Positions 44,347 through 53,923 of a stretch of 64,000 bases of DNA are shown piece by piece. Positions within the stretch are counted from its first letter, which is position 1. Every line of letters begins with the position of its first letter. The stretch is from an uncultured Maricaulis sp. (GTDB lineage: Bacteria > Pseudomonadota > Alphaproteobacteria > Caulobacterales > Maricaulaceae): positions 22,885 through 86,884 of the forward strand of contig NZ_CAXBKN010000001.1 of the NCBI RefSeq assembly GCF_963976135.1. Reading direction: 5' to 3'. A program made the translations under genes and the position numbers. The notes under the pieces were generated by a model. That model was not told the DNA's origin and did no database searches. It worked only from the letters and a program-made list of their open reading frames with translations.

Positions 44347-45252
44347 ATGAATCGAATCGGCATCGATCTGGGCGGCACGAAAATCGAGGCCGTCGCGATG
44401 GACCCGCAAGGGGCGGTTATCGAGCGCCTGCGCGTGCCCGCGCCGCAGGCCTATCGCGACACTCTGGAGGCGATCGGCGGTCTGGTGAATGCGATCGAGC
44501 GCGAATATGGCGACGGCAGCCGCGTCGGTATCGGGCATCCCGGCTCGATCAGCCCGGCGACAGGCCTGATGCGTAACGCAAATTCCACATGGCTCAATGG
44601 CCATCCCTTCGCCCGCGATATCGAGGCCGCACTCGGCCGCCCGGTCCGCCTGGCCAATGACGCCGATTGCTTCACCCTGTCAGAAGCCGTCGATGGTGCC
44701 GGCCAGGGCGCCGGCATCGTGTTCGGGATCATCCTCGGCACCGGCGTCGGTGGCGGCATTGCGGTCGACGGGAAATTGCTGCACGGCGCCCAGGGGATTG
44801 CCGGCGAGTGGGGCCACAATCCCCTGCCCTGGACCAACGAATCGGATCAGCCGGCCGCCTCGTGCTGGTGCGGCCAATCGGGTTGCCATGAAACCTGGCT
44901 CTCCGGACCCGGCCTGGCGCGCGACCACGCGGCGCGCAATGGCGGCGATCTGGGCGCGGCAGACATCTTTGCCGCGGCGGAAGCCGGCGATGCCCCGGCC
45001 CGCCGCAGCGTCGAGCTTCACAGCGACCGGCTCGCCCGCGGCATCGCCAGCGTGCTCAATATTCTCGATGCTGAGGTGGTCGTGCTCGGCGGCGGCGTCT
45101 CCAATGCCCCTGGCCTGGCGGAGCGTGTCACCGCCCGCCTGCCCGATTTCCTGTTCTCCGACATCGTGCGCACCCGTATCGTCACGCATCGTCATGGCGA
45201 CAGTTCCGGCGTGCGCGGAGCGGCCTGGCTGTGGCCGGCCGGGACGCCATGA
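44347..45252 (+). CDS. ROK family sugar kinase (fructokinase/Mak-like)
   Basis: IGIDLGGTKIE, NDADCF, GTGVGGG, GEWGH, CWCG..GCHE Zn site. Confidence 0.92.
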   Translation: MNRIGIDLGGTKIEAVAMDPQGAVIERLRVPAPQAYRDTLEAIGGLVNAIEREYGDGSRVGIGHPGSISPATGLMRNANSTWLNGHPFARDIEAALGRPVRLANDADCFTLSEAVDGAGQGAGIVFGIILGTGVGGGIAVDGKLLHGAQGIAGEWGHNPLPWTNESDQPAASCWCGQSGCHETWLSGPGLARDHAARNGGDLGAADIFAAAEAGDAPARRSVELHSDRLARGIASVLNILDAEVVVLGGGVSNAPGLAERVTARLPDFLFSDIVRTRIVTHRHGDSSGVRGAAWLWPAGTP

Positions 45253-46547
45253 GCGCGCGGGGCTATTGCCGCGTCTGCCTGACACCACTCGCCGAGCCGG
45301 TCGATGCCTGCCCCGCCTGCGGCTCACACCGGCATTTGTTTCACCCCGAACTGGGCACGCTCTCGATTGCGCATATCGATTGCGATGCGTTCTACGCGGC
45401 CGTCGAAAAGCGGGACAATCCCGAACTGGCCGACAAACCCGTCATTATTGGCGGCCGCCAGCGCGGGGTTGTCTCGACCTGCTGCTATGTCGCGCGCATG
45501 TATGGGGTGCATTCGGCCATGCCGATGTTCAAGGCATTGAAGGCCTGCCCGGACGCGGTCGTGATTAGCGGCGATCATGCCAAATATGCCCGCGAGGGCG
45601 GGCGCATTCGCGAGATGATGCGCGATGTAACGCCCTTGGTCGAGCCGCTCTCGATCGACGAGGCCTTTCTCGACCTGACCGGCACGACACGGCTGCACGG
45701 CGCGCCGCCAGCCCTGACGCTGCTCAGACTGCAGCGCCGGATCCAGAACGTGGTCGGGATCACGGTTTCGGTCGGACTGTCCTTCAATAAATTCCTCGCC
45801 AAGACCGCTTCCGATCTCGACAAGCCAGACGGTTTCGCAGTGATTGGCGAGGCCGAGGCGATGGACTTCCTCGGCCCCCGGCCGGTGCGGTCAATCTACG
45901 GCGTCGGCCCGGCCTTCGCGGCCAAGCTGGAGCGCGACGGCCTGCGCACGCTCAATGATATCCGCCGCCACAGCGACAGGGACATGGCCAGACGCTATGG
46001 CGATTTCGGTTATCGCCTGGCACGGCTGGCGCGCGGCGAGGATCATCGCCGGGTCGAACCGGAGAGCGAGCGCAAGAGCGTCTCCTCGGAGACGACATTC
46101 AATGCCGATTTCAGCGAGTTGAAGCCTTTGGAAGATCAGCTCTGGCGCCAATGCGTCAAGGTCGCCGACCAGATGAAGGCCAAGGCAATTTCCGGCTCCG
46201 TCGTGACGCTGAAACTGAAGACGTCTGACTTTCGCAGCCGCACCCGCCGTCGCACCCTGAACGAGCCGAGCCAGCTGGCCGATACGCTGTTCAAGGTCGG
46301 CCGCGAGCTGCTCGCGCCAGAGGTTGATGGCACCCGCTTTCGCCTGATCGGGATCGGCTTCTCCGCCTTGCAGGCCGCGGTCGGCGATAGCGGCGACCTG
46401 CTCGATCCGAATGCGATCCGCCGCGCGACCGCCGAGCGGGCCATGGACAAGGCGCGGGCCAAGTTTGGCGGCGACGCGGTGGTCAAGGGGCGGATGTTGA
46501 AGCCACGCCCCGATCCTGGCCCTGCAAAACCTGATCGAACCAGTTGA
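45249..46547 (+). CDS. dinB: DNA polymerase IV with N-terminal C4 motif
   Basis: AHIDCDAFYAAVEKRD, CYVAR.YG, LSIDEAFLD, NKFLAK; ATGA overlap with ROK. Confidence 0.95.
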   Translation: MSARGYCRVCLTPLAEPVDACPACGSHRHLFHPELGTLSIAHIDCDAFYAAVEKRDNPELADKPVIIGGRQRGVVSTCCYVARMYGVHSAMPMFKALKACPDAVVISGDHAKYAREGGRIREMMRDVTPLVEPLSIDEAFLDLTGTTRLHGAPPALTLLRLQRRIQNVVGITVSVGLSFNKFLAKTASDLDKPDGFAVIGEAEAMDFLGPRPVRSIYGVGPAFAAKLERDGLRTLNDIRRHSDRDMARRYGDFGYRLARLARGEDHRRVEPESERKSVSSETTFNADFSELKPLEDQLWRQCVKVADQMKAKAISGSVVTLKLKTSDFRSRTRRRTLNEPSQLADTLFKVGRELLAPEVDGTRFRLIGIGFSALQAAVGDSGDLLDPNAIRRATAERAMDKARAKFGGDAVVKGRMLKPRPDPGPAKPDRTS

Positions 46548-47385
46548 ACGGCATCGGCCAGAAGCCCTGCGCCGCCTGTTTGAACGCTCCGAAATGGCCG
46601 ATCTGGCCGGCACCGACCTCGGCCGGTGCAAGCCGCAGCAATTGCGTCTCGGCCGCGCTGTAGATCGCCAGCAGGTCCTCGGCCGCGCGCCGGCTCGCCA
46701 GGGTGTCGTCGGCGAAGGTCCAGTCGATGATCGGCGCGGTGATGCGATCGAAGACATGCGGTCCGAGAGCCGCCAGCTCATCGCCGAAATAGCCCGGTTT
46801 GAAAGCCCAGCGGCGCCATTGCTTGAACACACCGCGCGGCAGGGCCATCCCGCCCCAGGCGCCGCCCGAGGGAATATGGCCCGTCAGCGCCAGGCAGGCC
46901 GGTCCGTAGGCGAGCCAGAAGAAGAGCGCCGTCGGCCGGTAGCTCGGCTCGTGGGCGCCCCAATAGCCGGTACCGGCGCAGACAATGGCATGCGCCGCCG
47001 GCTTGAGCCCGTTATCGGCAAAGCCCAGCAAATGCCCGCCTACCGAATGGCCGAGCGTATAGAGCGGGCCGTCCGGGACCAGAGCCTGCGCCCGGTCGAG
47101 CGCGGCGGCGAAATCGAGCCGCCCCCAATCGACGATATCGGCCTGAAAGCCCCTCATCTGCTGCGGTGCCGAACCGCCAATGCCGCGATAATCATAGAGC
47201 AGGCAGGCATAGCCCATGGCGGCACCCTGGCGCGCGATGCGGCGGTAGAGTTCCTTGGGAAATCCCGTACCCGATGAGATCAGCACGGCGGCTTTCGGCG
47301 CTTCGGGCGCGATGATGAGGCCGGATAGCTGATAGCCGTCACGGGCGTCGAACCGGATGTCTGATTCGTGGATCATTGTGCTCAT
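46483..47385 (-). CDS. Predicted alpha/beta hydrolase
   Basis: LYDYRGIGGS, DWGRLD, GHSVGG nucleophile, FADD, IGHFGAF. Start ATG 47385; 65-bp convergent overlap with dinB. Confidence 0.85.
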   Translation of the reverse strand: MSTMIHESDIRFDARDGYQLSGLIIAPEAPKAAVLISSGTGFPKELYRRIARQGAAMGYACLLYDYRGIGGSAPQQMRGFQADIVDWGRLDFAAALDRAQALVPDGPLYTLGHSVGGHLLGFADNGLKPAAHAIVCAGTGYWGAHEPSYRPTALFFWLAYGPACLALTGHIPSGGAWGGMALPRGVFKQWRRWAFKPGYFGDELAALGPHVFDRITAPIIDWTFADDTLASRRAAEDLLAIYSAAETQLLRLAPAEVGAGQIGHFGAFKQAAQGFWPMPFNWFDQVLQGQDRGVASTSAP

Positions 47386-47401
47386 CGCCGCATCTTGCCT
47401 G

Positions 47402-47417
47402 ATGACGTGCACGTCAA
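47402..47417. promoter_or_regulatory. Palindrome TGACGTGCACGTCA, LiuR-like (MerR family) operator candidate
   Basis: Perfect 14-bp palindrome just upstream of the hydrolase ATG, overlapping TTGAC elements on the minus strand. Confidence 0.55.
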
Positions 47418-47487
47418 GTCAAGACTTGCCGTTTGCATGCCGCCAATACGCCGCTAGTCTCGCGCGAACCTACTGAATGGAGCCCCC

Positions 47488-47949
47488 ATGTCCGCCTTCG
47501 AAACCCGCCTTGCCGAATTGGGCATCACCCTGCCCGAGCCCGTCGCACCGGTTGCCAATTACGTGCCCTTCGTGCGCACCGGTGACCAGGTCTATATCTC
47601 CGGTCAGGTCTCCATCGGCCCCGAGGGGCTGGTCAAGGGCACACTCGGTCTGGATATGGATGTCGAGGCCGGCCAGGCGGCAGCGCGGCTGTGCGCGATC
47701 AATCTGATCGCCCAGCTCAAACTCGCCTGTGGCGGCGACCTGTCGCGGCTGAAACGTGTCGTCAAGCTGGGCGGATTCGTCGCCGCCGTGCCCGGCTTCA
47801 CCGACATCCCCAAAGTCATCAATGGCTGTTCCGACCTGATGGTCGAAGTCTTCGGCGATGCGGGCCGGCATGCCCGCTCGGCGGTATCCTGTCCGGTCCT
47901 GCCGCTGGGTGCTGCAGTCGAGATTGATGGCGTATTCGTGATCGCCTGA
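47488..47949 (+). CDS. RidA/YjgF family protein
   Basis: PVANYVP, VYISGQ, NGCSDL..VFG..GRHARSAV, LPLGAAVEI. Confidence 0.92.
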   Translation: MSAFETRLAELGITLPEPVAPVANYVPFVRTGDQVYISGQVSIGPEGLVKGTLGLDMDVEAGQAAARLCAINLIAQLKLACGGDLSRLKRVVKLGGFVAAVPGFTDIPKVINGCSDLMVEVFGDAGRHARSAVSCPVLPLGAAVEIDGVFVIA

Positions 47950-48029
47950 CCGGCAGTCATTGCACCTTCCCCCCTCGCGCCTCTGCCCGCTCTCGTCTAG
48001 ACAGGGCGGCAGGAAAAAGGATTTGTCCC

Positions 48030-48773
48030 ATGTTGCGTCTGATTGCGATCTCTACTGCCGCCACCCTCATGCTCGGATGCCAGCAGGCCCCGGCCGATGC
48101 GCAATTGAATGACCGTTCCCGCGAGGAAGTCGGCGAGATCGTGCGCGCCTATATTCTCGAGAATCCGGAAATCATCGAAGAAGCACTGATCGAGTTGCAG
48201 CGTCGCGCCCAGGCCCGCGAGATGGAAAATGTTTATGCCGCGATCGAACGCAATGTGTCGGCGATTTACGGCGATGCCCGCGATCCGCGTTTCGGCGGCG
48301 CCGAGCCGGACGTCACCATCGTCGAATTCATGGATTACAAATGCTCCTATTGCCGCGTCGCCAATGAATGGGTGACCGACGTCAATGAGCGCTATGGCGA
48401 CCGCGTCCAGTTCATTTTCAAGGAATATCCCATCCTCGGTCCCGATTCGCTGGAAGCCTCCCGCGCCGCGCTGGCGGCGCTGCGTCAGGGTCCGGAACTC
48501 TATGAGGTCTTCCACCGCTCCATGATCAATGCCAGCGGCCCGCTGCCGGCAACACGGATCGACCAGCTCGCTGCGCTGGCCGGGGTCGATGTGGCGCGGA
48601 TGCGAGCCGATATGGAAGACGAGGCGATCATGAATCACATCCTCGATGTACGCGCGCTGGGCCAGGCGCTCGACGTCACCGGCACGCCCTTCTTCATCGT
48701 CGATGGTGTGGTTGTGGCAGGCGCCAATGAGCTGGCTCTGGAAGCAGCGCTGCAGACCGGGCTGGGCGGCTAG
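48030..48773 (+). CDS. DsbA family thiol-disulfide oxidoreductase, probable lipoprotein
   Basis: Lipobox MLGC, YILENPE, EFMDYKCSYC, VTGTPFF. Confidence 0.9.
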   Translation: MLRLIAISTAATLMLGCQQAPADAQLNDRSREEVGEIVRAYILENPEIIEEALIELQRRAQAREMENVYAAIERNVSAIYGDARDPRFGGAEPDVTIVEFMDYKCSYCRVANEWVTDVNERYGDRVQFIFKEYPILGPDSLEASRAALAALRQGPELYEVFHRSMINASGPLPATRIDQLAALAGVDVARMRADMEDEAIMNHILDVRALGQALDVTGTPFFIVDGVVVAGANELALEAALQTGLGG

Positions 48774-48780
48774 GAGGCCG

Positions 48781-49584
48781 TCAGATCAGGCCGGAAAGCG
48801 GGCTGGACGGGTCGGCATAGCGCTTTTTCGGCATGCGGCCGGCGAGATAGGATTGCCGGCCGGCGATGACGGCATGCTTCATCGCTGACGCCATCAGCAC
48901 CGGGTCCTTCGCCTCCGCGATGGCCGTATTCATCAGCACGCCATCACAGCCCAGCTCCATCGCGACGGTCGCGTCCGACGCCGTGCCGACGCCGGCATCG
49001 ACGATGACCGGCACCGATGATTGTTCGATGATCAGGCGGATATTGACCGGATTCTGGATCCCCAGGCCCGAGCCGATCGGGGCACCAAGCGGCATGATGG
49101 CGCAACAGCCGATCTCTTCCAGCTTCTTTGCGAAGACCGGATCATCGGAGCAATAGACCATGACGTCGAAGCCGTCCCTGATCAGCAGCTCGGCGGCGCG
49201 CAGGGTCTCGACCATGTCGGGATAGAGATGTTTGGGATCGGACAGGACTTCCAGCTTGACCAGGTTCCAGCCACCGGCCTCGCGGGCCAGACGCAGGGTG
49301 CGCACGGCATCCTCGCCGGTGAAACAGCCCGCCGTGTTCGGCAGGAAAATATATTGTTCCGGATCGATGAAATCGACCAGCCGCGGCTCGTCGGGATTGG
49401 ACAGGTTCACGCGCCGGATCGCGACGGTGATCATCTCGGCGCCGGACGCTTCCAGGGCGCGGGCATTTTGCTCATAGCTGGCATATTTGCCGGTGCCGAT
49501 GATCAGGCGCGATGAGAGTGTGCGGCCGGCGACCACCAGCGGTTTGTCCTGCAAGGCCTGCGTCATGATTGATCCGTCTTCCAT
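48781..49584 (-). CDS. thiG: Thiazole synthase ThiG
   Basis: [44 protein letters not shown]. Start 49584 or 49566. Confidence 0.96.
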   Translation of the reverse strand: MEDGSIMTQALQDKPLVVAGRTLSSRLIIGTGKYASYEQNARALEASGAEMITVAIRRVNLSNPDEPRLVDFIDPEQYIFLPNTAGCFTGEDAVRTLRLAREAGGWNLVKLEVLSDPKHLYPDMVETLRAAELLIRDGFDVMVYCSDDPVFAKKLEEIGCCAIMPLGAPIGSGLGIQNPVNIRLIIEQSSVPVIVDAGVGTASDATVAMELGCDGVLMNTAIAEAKDPVLMASAMKHAVIAGRQSYLAGRMPKKRYADPSSPLSGLI

Positions 49585-49585
49585 T

Positions 49586-49789
49586 TTATCCACCTCCGAC
49601 GAAGGCGACGATTTCGATGCGGTCACCCTGGGCCAGCGCATCGAGGCTGTAGCGCGAGCGGGGCACGATTTCCAGATTGCGCTCGACAGCGATCTTGCGC
49701 CCGTCCAGCCCGAGGGCATGCACCAGATCGGCGACAAGACTGCCCGCTGGCATGTTTCGCGCCTCACCATTGACTGTCAGTTGCAACAC
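49586..49789 (-). CDS. thiS: Sulfur carrier protein ThiS
   Basis: 67 aa, [17 protein letters not shown], ends [10 protein letters not shown]. Confidence 0.96.
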   Translation of the reverse strand: MLQLTVNGEARNMPAGSLVADLVHALGLDGRKIAVERNLEIVPRSRYSLDALAQGDRIEIVAFVGGG

Positions 49790-49861
49790 GGCTTCCGCTC
49801 ACTCCGCTTGTAAGTGGGATGGCTGACGTCGTAGAACTTATGCGGGCTGTAAGGCAAGGCC

Positions 49862-50302
49862 ATGACGAAACCGATCTACATTCTCAACGGGCCGAACCTG
49901 AATCTCCTCGGCAGTCGCGAGCCGGAAATCTACGGAGCCATGACGCTCGATGATATCGCAGCTGCCTGCGCCGCCCATGCCGGCAAGCTGGGCCAGGTAA
50001 TCGAATTCCGGCAATCCAACCATGAAGGCGTGCTGGTTGACTGGCTGCACGAGGCGAATCTCAAGGCCAGCGCCATCGTCTTCAACCCGGGTGCCTACAC
50101 ACATACATCTGTGGCTTTGCATGACGCGGTTCGCGCGATAGAACCCCCTGTCATTGAAGTTCACTTGAGCCAGACCGCCGCCCGGGAATCTTTCCGGCAC
50201 CACTCCTTCGTCGCCTCTGCAGCCAGAGGCAGCATTACCGGACTTGGTCTGGCAAGTTATCTGCTGGGAATCGACGCAGCATTGCATTGCCTGCATCACT
50301 GA
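49862..50302 (+). CDS. aroQ: Type II 3-dehydroquinate dehydratase
   Basis: [38 protein letters not shown]. Confidence 0.97.
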   Translation: MTKPIYILNGPNLNLLGSREPEIYGAMTLDDIAAACAAHAGKLGQVIEFRQSNHEGVLVDWLHEANLKASAIVFNPGAYTHTSVALHDAVRAIEPPVIEVHLSQTAARESFRHHSFVASAARGSITGLGLASYLLGIDAALHCLHH

Positions 50303-50323
50303 CGGATCCAAAAGGCCCAAATC

Positions 50324-50809
50324 ATGAGTTCTGAGACCCGAAGCCGTTCGCCTATCGACCCTGAAATCGTGCGCGAGCTCGCCGATATCCTGCGCGAAAC
50401 CGATCTGTCGGAAATCGAGGTTGAGCGCGGCGATCTTCGCCTGCGCATCGCCCGCCAGCTGCAGGCCGCCCAAGTGGTGCAGGCTGTCGCCGCACCGGCC
50501 GCCGCCGCTGCCCCGCCAGGCTATGCTGTCGAGACGCCGGGACCGGTCGCCGGCGCCGGTGACCTCAGCGCTCATCCCGGCGTCATCAATTCGCCCATGG
50601 TCGGCACCGCCTATCTGAAACCCAATCCGGAATCAGACAATTTCGTCAAAGTCGGCGAAATGGTAAAAAAGGGCGACACCATCCTGCTGATCGAAGCGAT
50701 GAAAACCTTCAATCCGATCATTGCGGAAAAATCAGGCAAGATTTCGGAAATTCTTGTCGAAGAAGGCCAGCCGGTCGAATTCGGCGAGCCGCTCTTCATC
50801 CTGATCTAA
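50324..50809 (+). CDS. accB: Acetyl-CoA carboxylase biotin carboxyl carrier protein
   Basis: SPMVGTAY, IEAMKTFN biotinylation site, VEFGEPLF. Confidence 0.97.
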   Translation: MSSETRSRSPIDPEIVRELADILRETDLSEIEVERGDLRLRIARQLQAAQVVQAVAAPAAAAAPPGYAVETPGPVAGAGDLSAHPGVINSPMVGTAYLKPNPESDNFVKVGEMVKKGDTILLIEAMKTFNPIIAEKSGKISEILVEEGQPVEFGEPLFILI

Positions 50810-50836
50810 CGCTCACCCCTGCCGCGAGCGCCAAAC

Positions 50837-52183
50837 ATGTTCGATAAAATCCTGATCGCCAATCGCGGCGAAATCGCCCTTCGCATCCACCGGGCGTGCC
50901 GTGAAATGGGCATTCGCACCGTCGCCATCCATTCGGAGGCCGACGCCAATGCCATGCATGTGCGCCTCGCCGACGAGAGTGTCTGCGTCGGCCCGGCTTC
51001 GGCCGCCAAGAGCTATCTCAACATACCCTCCATCATCGCGGCGGCGGAAGTCACCGGCGCCCAGGCGATCCATCCGGGTTATGGCTTCCTGTCTGAAAAT
51101 GCCCGCTTCGCCGAAATCGTCGAGGCTCACGACCTGACCTTTATCGGCCCGACGGCCGCGCATATCCGGATGATGGGCGACAAGATCACCGCCAAGAAGG
51201 CCGTGATGGCTGCCGGGATCCCCGTCGTGCCCGGCTCGGAAGGCGGCGTTTCCAATATCAAGGAAGCCAAGGAAATCGCGGGCGGGATCGGCTACCCCGT
51301 GCTGGTGAAGGCGGCATCGGGTGGCGGCGGTCGCGGCATGAAGGTCGCGGAAAACGAGGAAAAGCTCCAGGAAGCCATGGAGACCGCTTCGGCGGAAGCT
51401 GCGGCGGCCTTTGGCGATGGCACCATTTATCTCGAGAAGTATCTCGGCCGGCCGCGCCATATCGAAATCCAGATCCTCGCCGACATGCACGGCAATGTCG
51501 TGCATCTGGGTGAGCGCGATTGTTCCTTGCAGCGCCGTCACCAGAAAATCCTCGAAGAGGCCCCCTCGCCGGCCCTGACGGCCGAGGAGCGCGCCACGAT
51601 CGGCGAGACCGTGCGCAAGGCGATCGAGGTAATCGGCTATCGCGGCGTCGGCACGATCGAATTTCTCTACGAGAACGGCGAGTTTTATTTCATCGAGATG
51701 AATACGCGCCTGCAGGTCGAACACCCGGTGACCGAAATGATCACCGGCATTGATCTGGTGCGCGAACAGATCCGTGTCGCCGATGGTGCGCATCTCGATA
51801 TCCGCCAGGAAGACATCACGTTTGAAGGCCATTCGATCGAATGCCGGATCAATGCGGAAAACCCCCGCACCTTCGCGCCCTCGCCGGGCAAGATCACCGA
51901 TTTCCATGCGCCAGGCGGGCTCGGTGTGCGGCTCGATTCGGCGCTCTATACCGGCTATTCCGTGCCGCCCTATTATGACAGCCTGATCGGCAAGCTGATC
52001 GTGCATGGCCGCACCCGCGCCGAGGCGCTGCTGCGTCTGCGCCGCTCGCTGGAGGAAATGGTCGTCGGCGGGATTGAGACCTCGATCCCGATCTTCCTCA
52101 ACCTGCTTGAGGAACCGGAATTCGTGAATGGCGATTACCATATCCGCTGGCTGGAAGACTGGCTGGCCAGCCGCGAGGCCTAG
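50837..52183 (+). CDS. accC: Acetyl-CoA carboxylase biotin carboxylase
   Basis: ILIANRGEIA, HPGYGFLSEN, GGGGRGM, EMNTRLQVEHPVTE. Confidence 0.98.
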   Translation: MFDKILIANRGEIALRIHRACREMGIRTVAIHSEADANAMHVRLADESVCVGPASAAKSYLNIPSIIAAAEVTGAQAIHPGYGFLSENARFAEIVEAHDLTFIGPTAAHIRMMGDKITAKKAVMAAGIPVVPGSEGGVSNIKEAKEIAGGIGYPVLVKAASGGGGRGMKVAENEEKLQEAMETASAEAAAAFGDGTIYLEKYLGRPRHIEIQILADMHGNVVHLGERDCSLQRRHQKILEEAPSPALTAEERATIGETVRKAIEVIGYRGVGTIEFLYENGEFYFIEMNTRLQVEHPVTEMITGIDLVREQIRVADGAHLDIRQEDITFEGHSIECRINAENPRTFAPSPGKITDFHAPGGLGVRLDSALYTGYSVPPYYDSLIGKLIVHGRTRAEALLRLRRSLEEMVVGGIETSIPIFLNLLEEPEFVNGDYHIRWLEDWLASREA

Positions 52184-52198
52184 ACAGGCGGAGACTTG

Positions 52199-52867
52199 AT
52201 GCGCGGATTCGGGGCCACAGAACTTCTCGAATGCTACGCCCGCGGGGTCTTCCCGATGGCGGAAGGTCGCGACGATCCACGCATCTACCTGCTCGATCCG
52301 GACGAGCGCGGCATCCTGCCGCTCGATGATTTTCATATCCCGCGCCGATTGCAGCGCACGGTGCGCCAGGAAGTGTTCCAGGTCAGCATCAATCTCGACT
52401 TCCACGCCGTGGTCGCAGGCTGTTGCCAGTCGGCACCGGGCCGCGAGGAGACCTGGATCAATGACGGGATTTTCAGCCTCTATGCCGAGCTGCATCGCCA
52501 GGGCCATGCCCATAGCGTCGAGTGCCGGCGCGGCGGCGAGCTGGTCGGTGGCCTCTATGGCGTCTCACTTGGCGGCGCCTTCTTTGGCGAGAGCATGTTT
52601 TCGCTGGAACGTGATGCCAGCAAAGTCGCGCTGGTACATTTGCTCGCCCGTTTGAACGCCGGCGGCTATGCCCTGCTCGACACCCAGTTTACGACAGAAC
52701 ACCTGGAAACCTTCGGCGCCCACTCGATCACGCGCGATGACTACAAGGCGCGGCTCGCCCGGGCATTGAAACTGGATGGGGATTTCCTGGCGTTACCGGC
52801 GCAGGTCAATGGCCAGGTGGCGCTGCAGCAGGCTCAAGCCTTGCAGTCGAGCACCCAGACATCATAG
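52199..52867 (+). CDS. aat: Leucyl/phenylalanyl-tRNA--protein transferase
   Basis: YARGVFPM, TWIN, LVGGLYGV.LGGAFFGESMFS, DASKVAL, LLDTQF.T.HL. Confidence 0.95.
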   Translation: MRGFGATELLECYARGVFPMAEGRDDPRIYLLDPDERGILPLDDFHIPRRLQRTVRQEVFQVSINLDFHAVVAGCCQSAPGREETWINDGIFSLYAELHRQGHAHSVECRRGGELVGGLYGVSLGGAFFGESMFSLERDASKVALVHLLARLNAGGYALLDTQFTTEHLETFGAHSITRDDYKARLARALKLDGDFLALPAQVNGQVALQQAQALQSSTQTS

Positions 52868-53298
52868 ATCGCGTGCTCAAGTGGGTTTTGTGCCGGCCGC
52901 GAGGCGAACATCCAGCCGGAGAAGACCATCTCGCCCGCAATATCGACGCCAAAGCCATCGGTCCGGCGATCGACGACCTGCAGGAAGGCATAGGTCTCGG
53001 GCGTCTCTTCCGGCGGCCGGCGGCGGCAATACCGGGCTGTGATGGTCAGGGCGCCGAAATCGACACTGTCGCCAATGCGCACTTCAAAATCGCGCGTCCG
53101 CGCTGTCACCTTGTCGAGGCCGCGCAGCACAACAATTGAGCCGGGCTGGCTCGACAATTCCTGGCTTCCCCGCGCCCCGGGATCATCGCCGCGCAGACTG
53201 GCTGCGGGGTCAGACAAATTCCCGGAATTGCCATCCTGGGCCTGCAGGCCAAACGGCAGGCAGGCGGCGAGAGTCAGGGCTGTGAAAAAACGCATCAT
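52834..53298 (-). CDS. DUF2155 domain exported protein
   Basis: Signal peptide, LRGLDKVTART, FSGWMFASRP..NPLEHAIYDVWVLDC. Confidence 0.88.
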   Translation of the reverse strand: MMRFFTALTLAACLPFGLQAQDGNSGNLSDPAASLRGDDPGARGSQELSSQPGSIVVLRGLDKVTARTRDFEVRIGDSVDFGALTITARYCRRRPPEETPETYAFLQVVDRRTDGFGVDIAGEMVFSGWMFASRPAQNPLEHAIYDVWVLDCKA

Positions 53299-53360
53299 GG
53301 CTTGAAACTGCCCCGCGATTAAGGCGCTGTCGAGGCGGTTCGCCCGACAGGCGAACCGTT

Positions 53361-53765
53361 TTATTCCGGCGACCAGGCTTCGTAATCGCCGGTCGAGGAC
53401 TGGCGCTTGCTCGCGGTGACGAGGCTGCCACTGGGCCGGTAGGCATACACCGTACCGGTCAGATTGGGATGATGATCCTTTTCCCAGACCTGACGCGGCA
53501 GCGGCGCTTCGCTGGGTGGCTGATCGAAAGTGTGGTGCAGCCAGCCATGCCAGTCGGACGGCACGCGCGAGGCGTCGGCATAACCCTTATAGATCACCCA
53601 GCGGCGCTTATTGCCGTCCGGACCGGTCACGCCGCTCTCTTCGAAATAGCGATTTCCGTAATCGTCTTCGCCAACCTTTTTGGCACCGCGACGCGAAAGC
53701 GTCAGCAAGGTGCCCGGCGTGGCATCATTCCACCAGATGAAAATCTTGGAGATAAAACCCAACAT
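53361..53765 (-). CDS. NADH:ubiquinone oxidoreductase subunit NDUFA12-like protein
   Basis: VGEDDYGNRYF, RRWVIY.G..DASRVP..WHGWLHH, PNLTGT, GDYEAWSPE. Confidence 0.92.
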   Translation of the reverse strand: MLGFISKIFIWWNDATPGTLLTLSRRGAKKVGEDDYGNRYFEESGVTGPDGNKRRWVIYKGYADASRVPSDWHGWLHHTFDQPPSEAPLPRQVWEKDHHPNLTGTVYAYRPSGSLVTASKRQSSTGDYEAWSPE

Positions 53766-53923
53766 GGCGTGCGGCTCCGAGTCGGTCGCGGCGAGGAATT
53801 CCACCGTATATGCCTTCGCATGGCCATCGGGTCCAGTCTTGAACACTGCGGGGTTATGACGCGCAGCCCGGCGCGGTAGACTGAGGCCAGCTCCGGGCGA
53901 TTCGGGGACCAGAGGGTGGTGTC

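Noticed and set aside
49560-49600. Possible broken or frameshifted ThiS-ThiG fusion
   Set aside because: thiS ends normally in VGGG with a TAA and thiG has its own ATG 1 nt later; deleting one base would not remove the stop.
49790-49861. TPP riboswitch upstream of thiS
   Set aside because: Only about 70 bp before the divergent aroQ, and no TPP aptamer core seen.
53766-53923. NrdR boxes or a cobalamin riboswitch upstream of the nrdJ-like gene
   Set aside because: Only a weak CCACCGTATATGCC resemblance; no tandem NrdR box or B12 element seen. The absence is consistent with, but does not prove, loss of RNR function.
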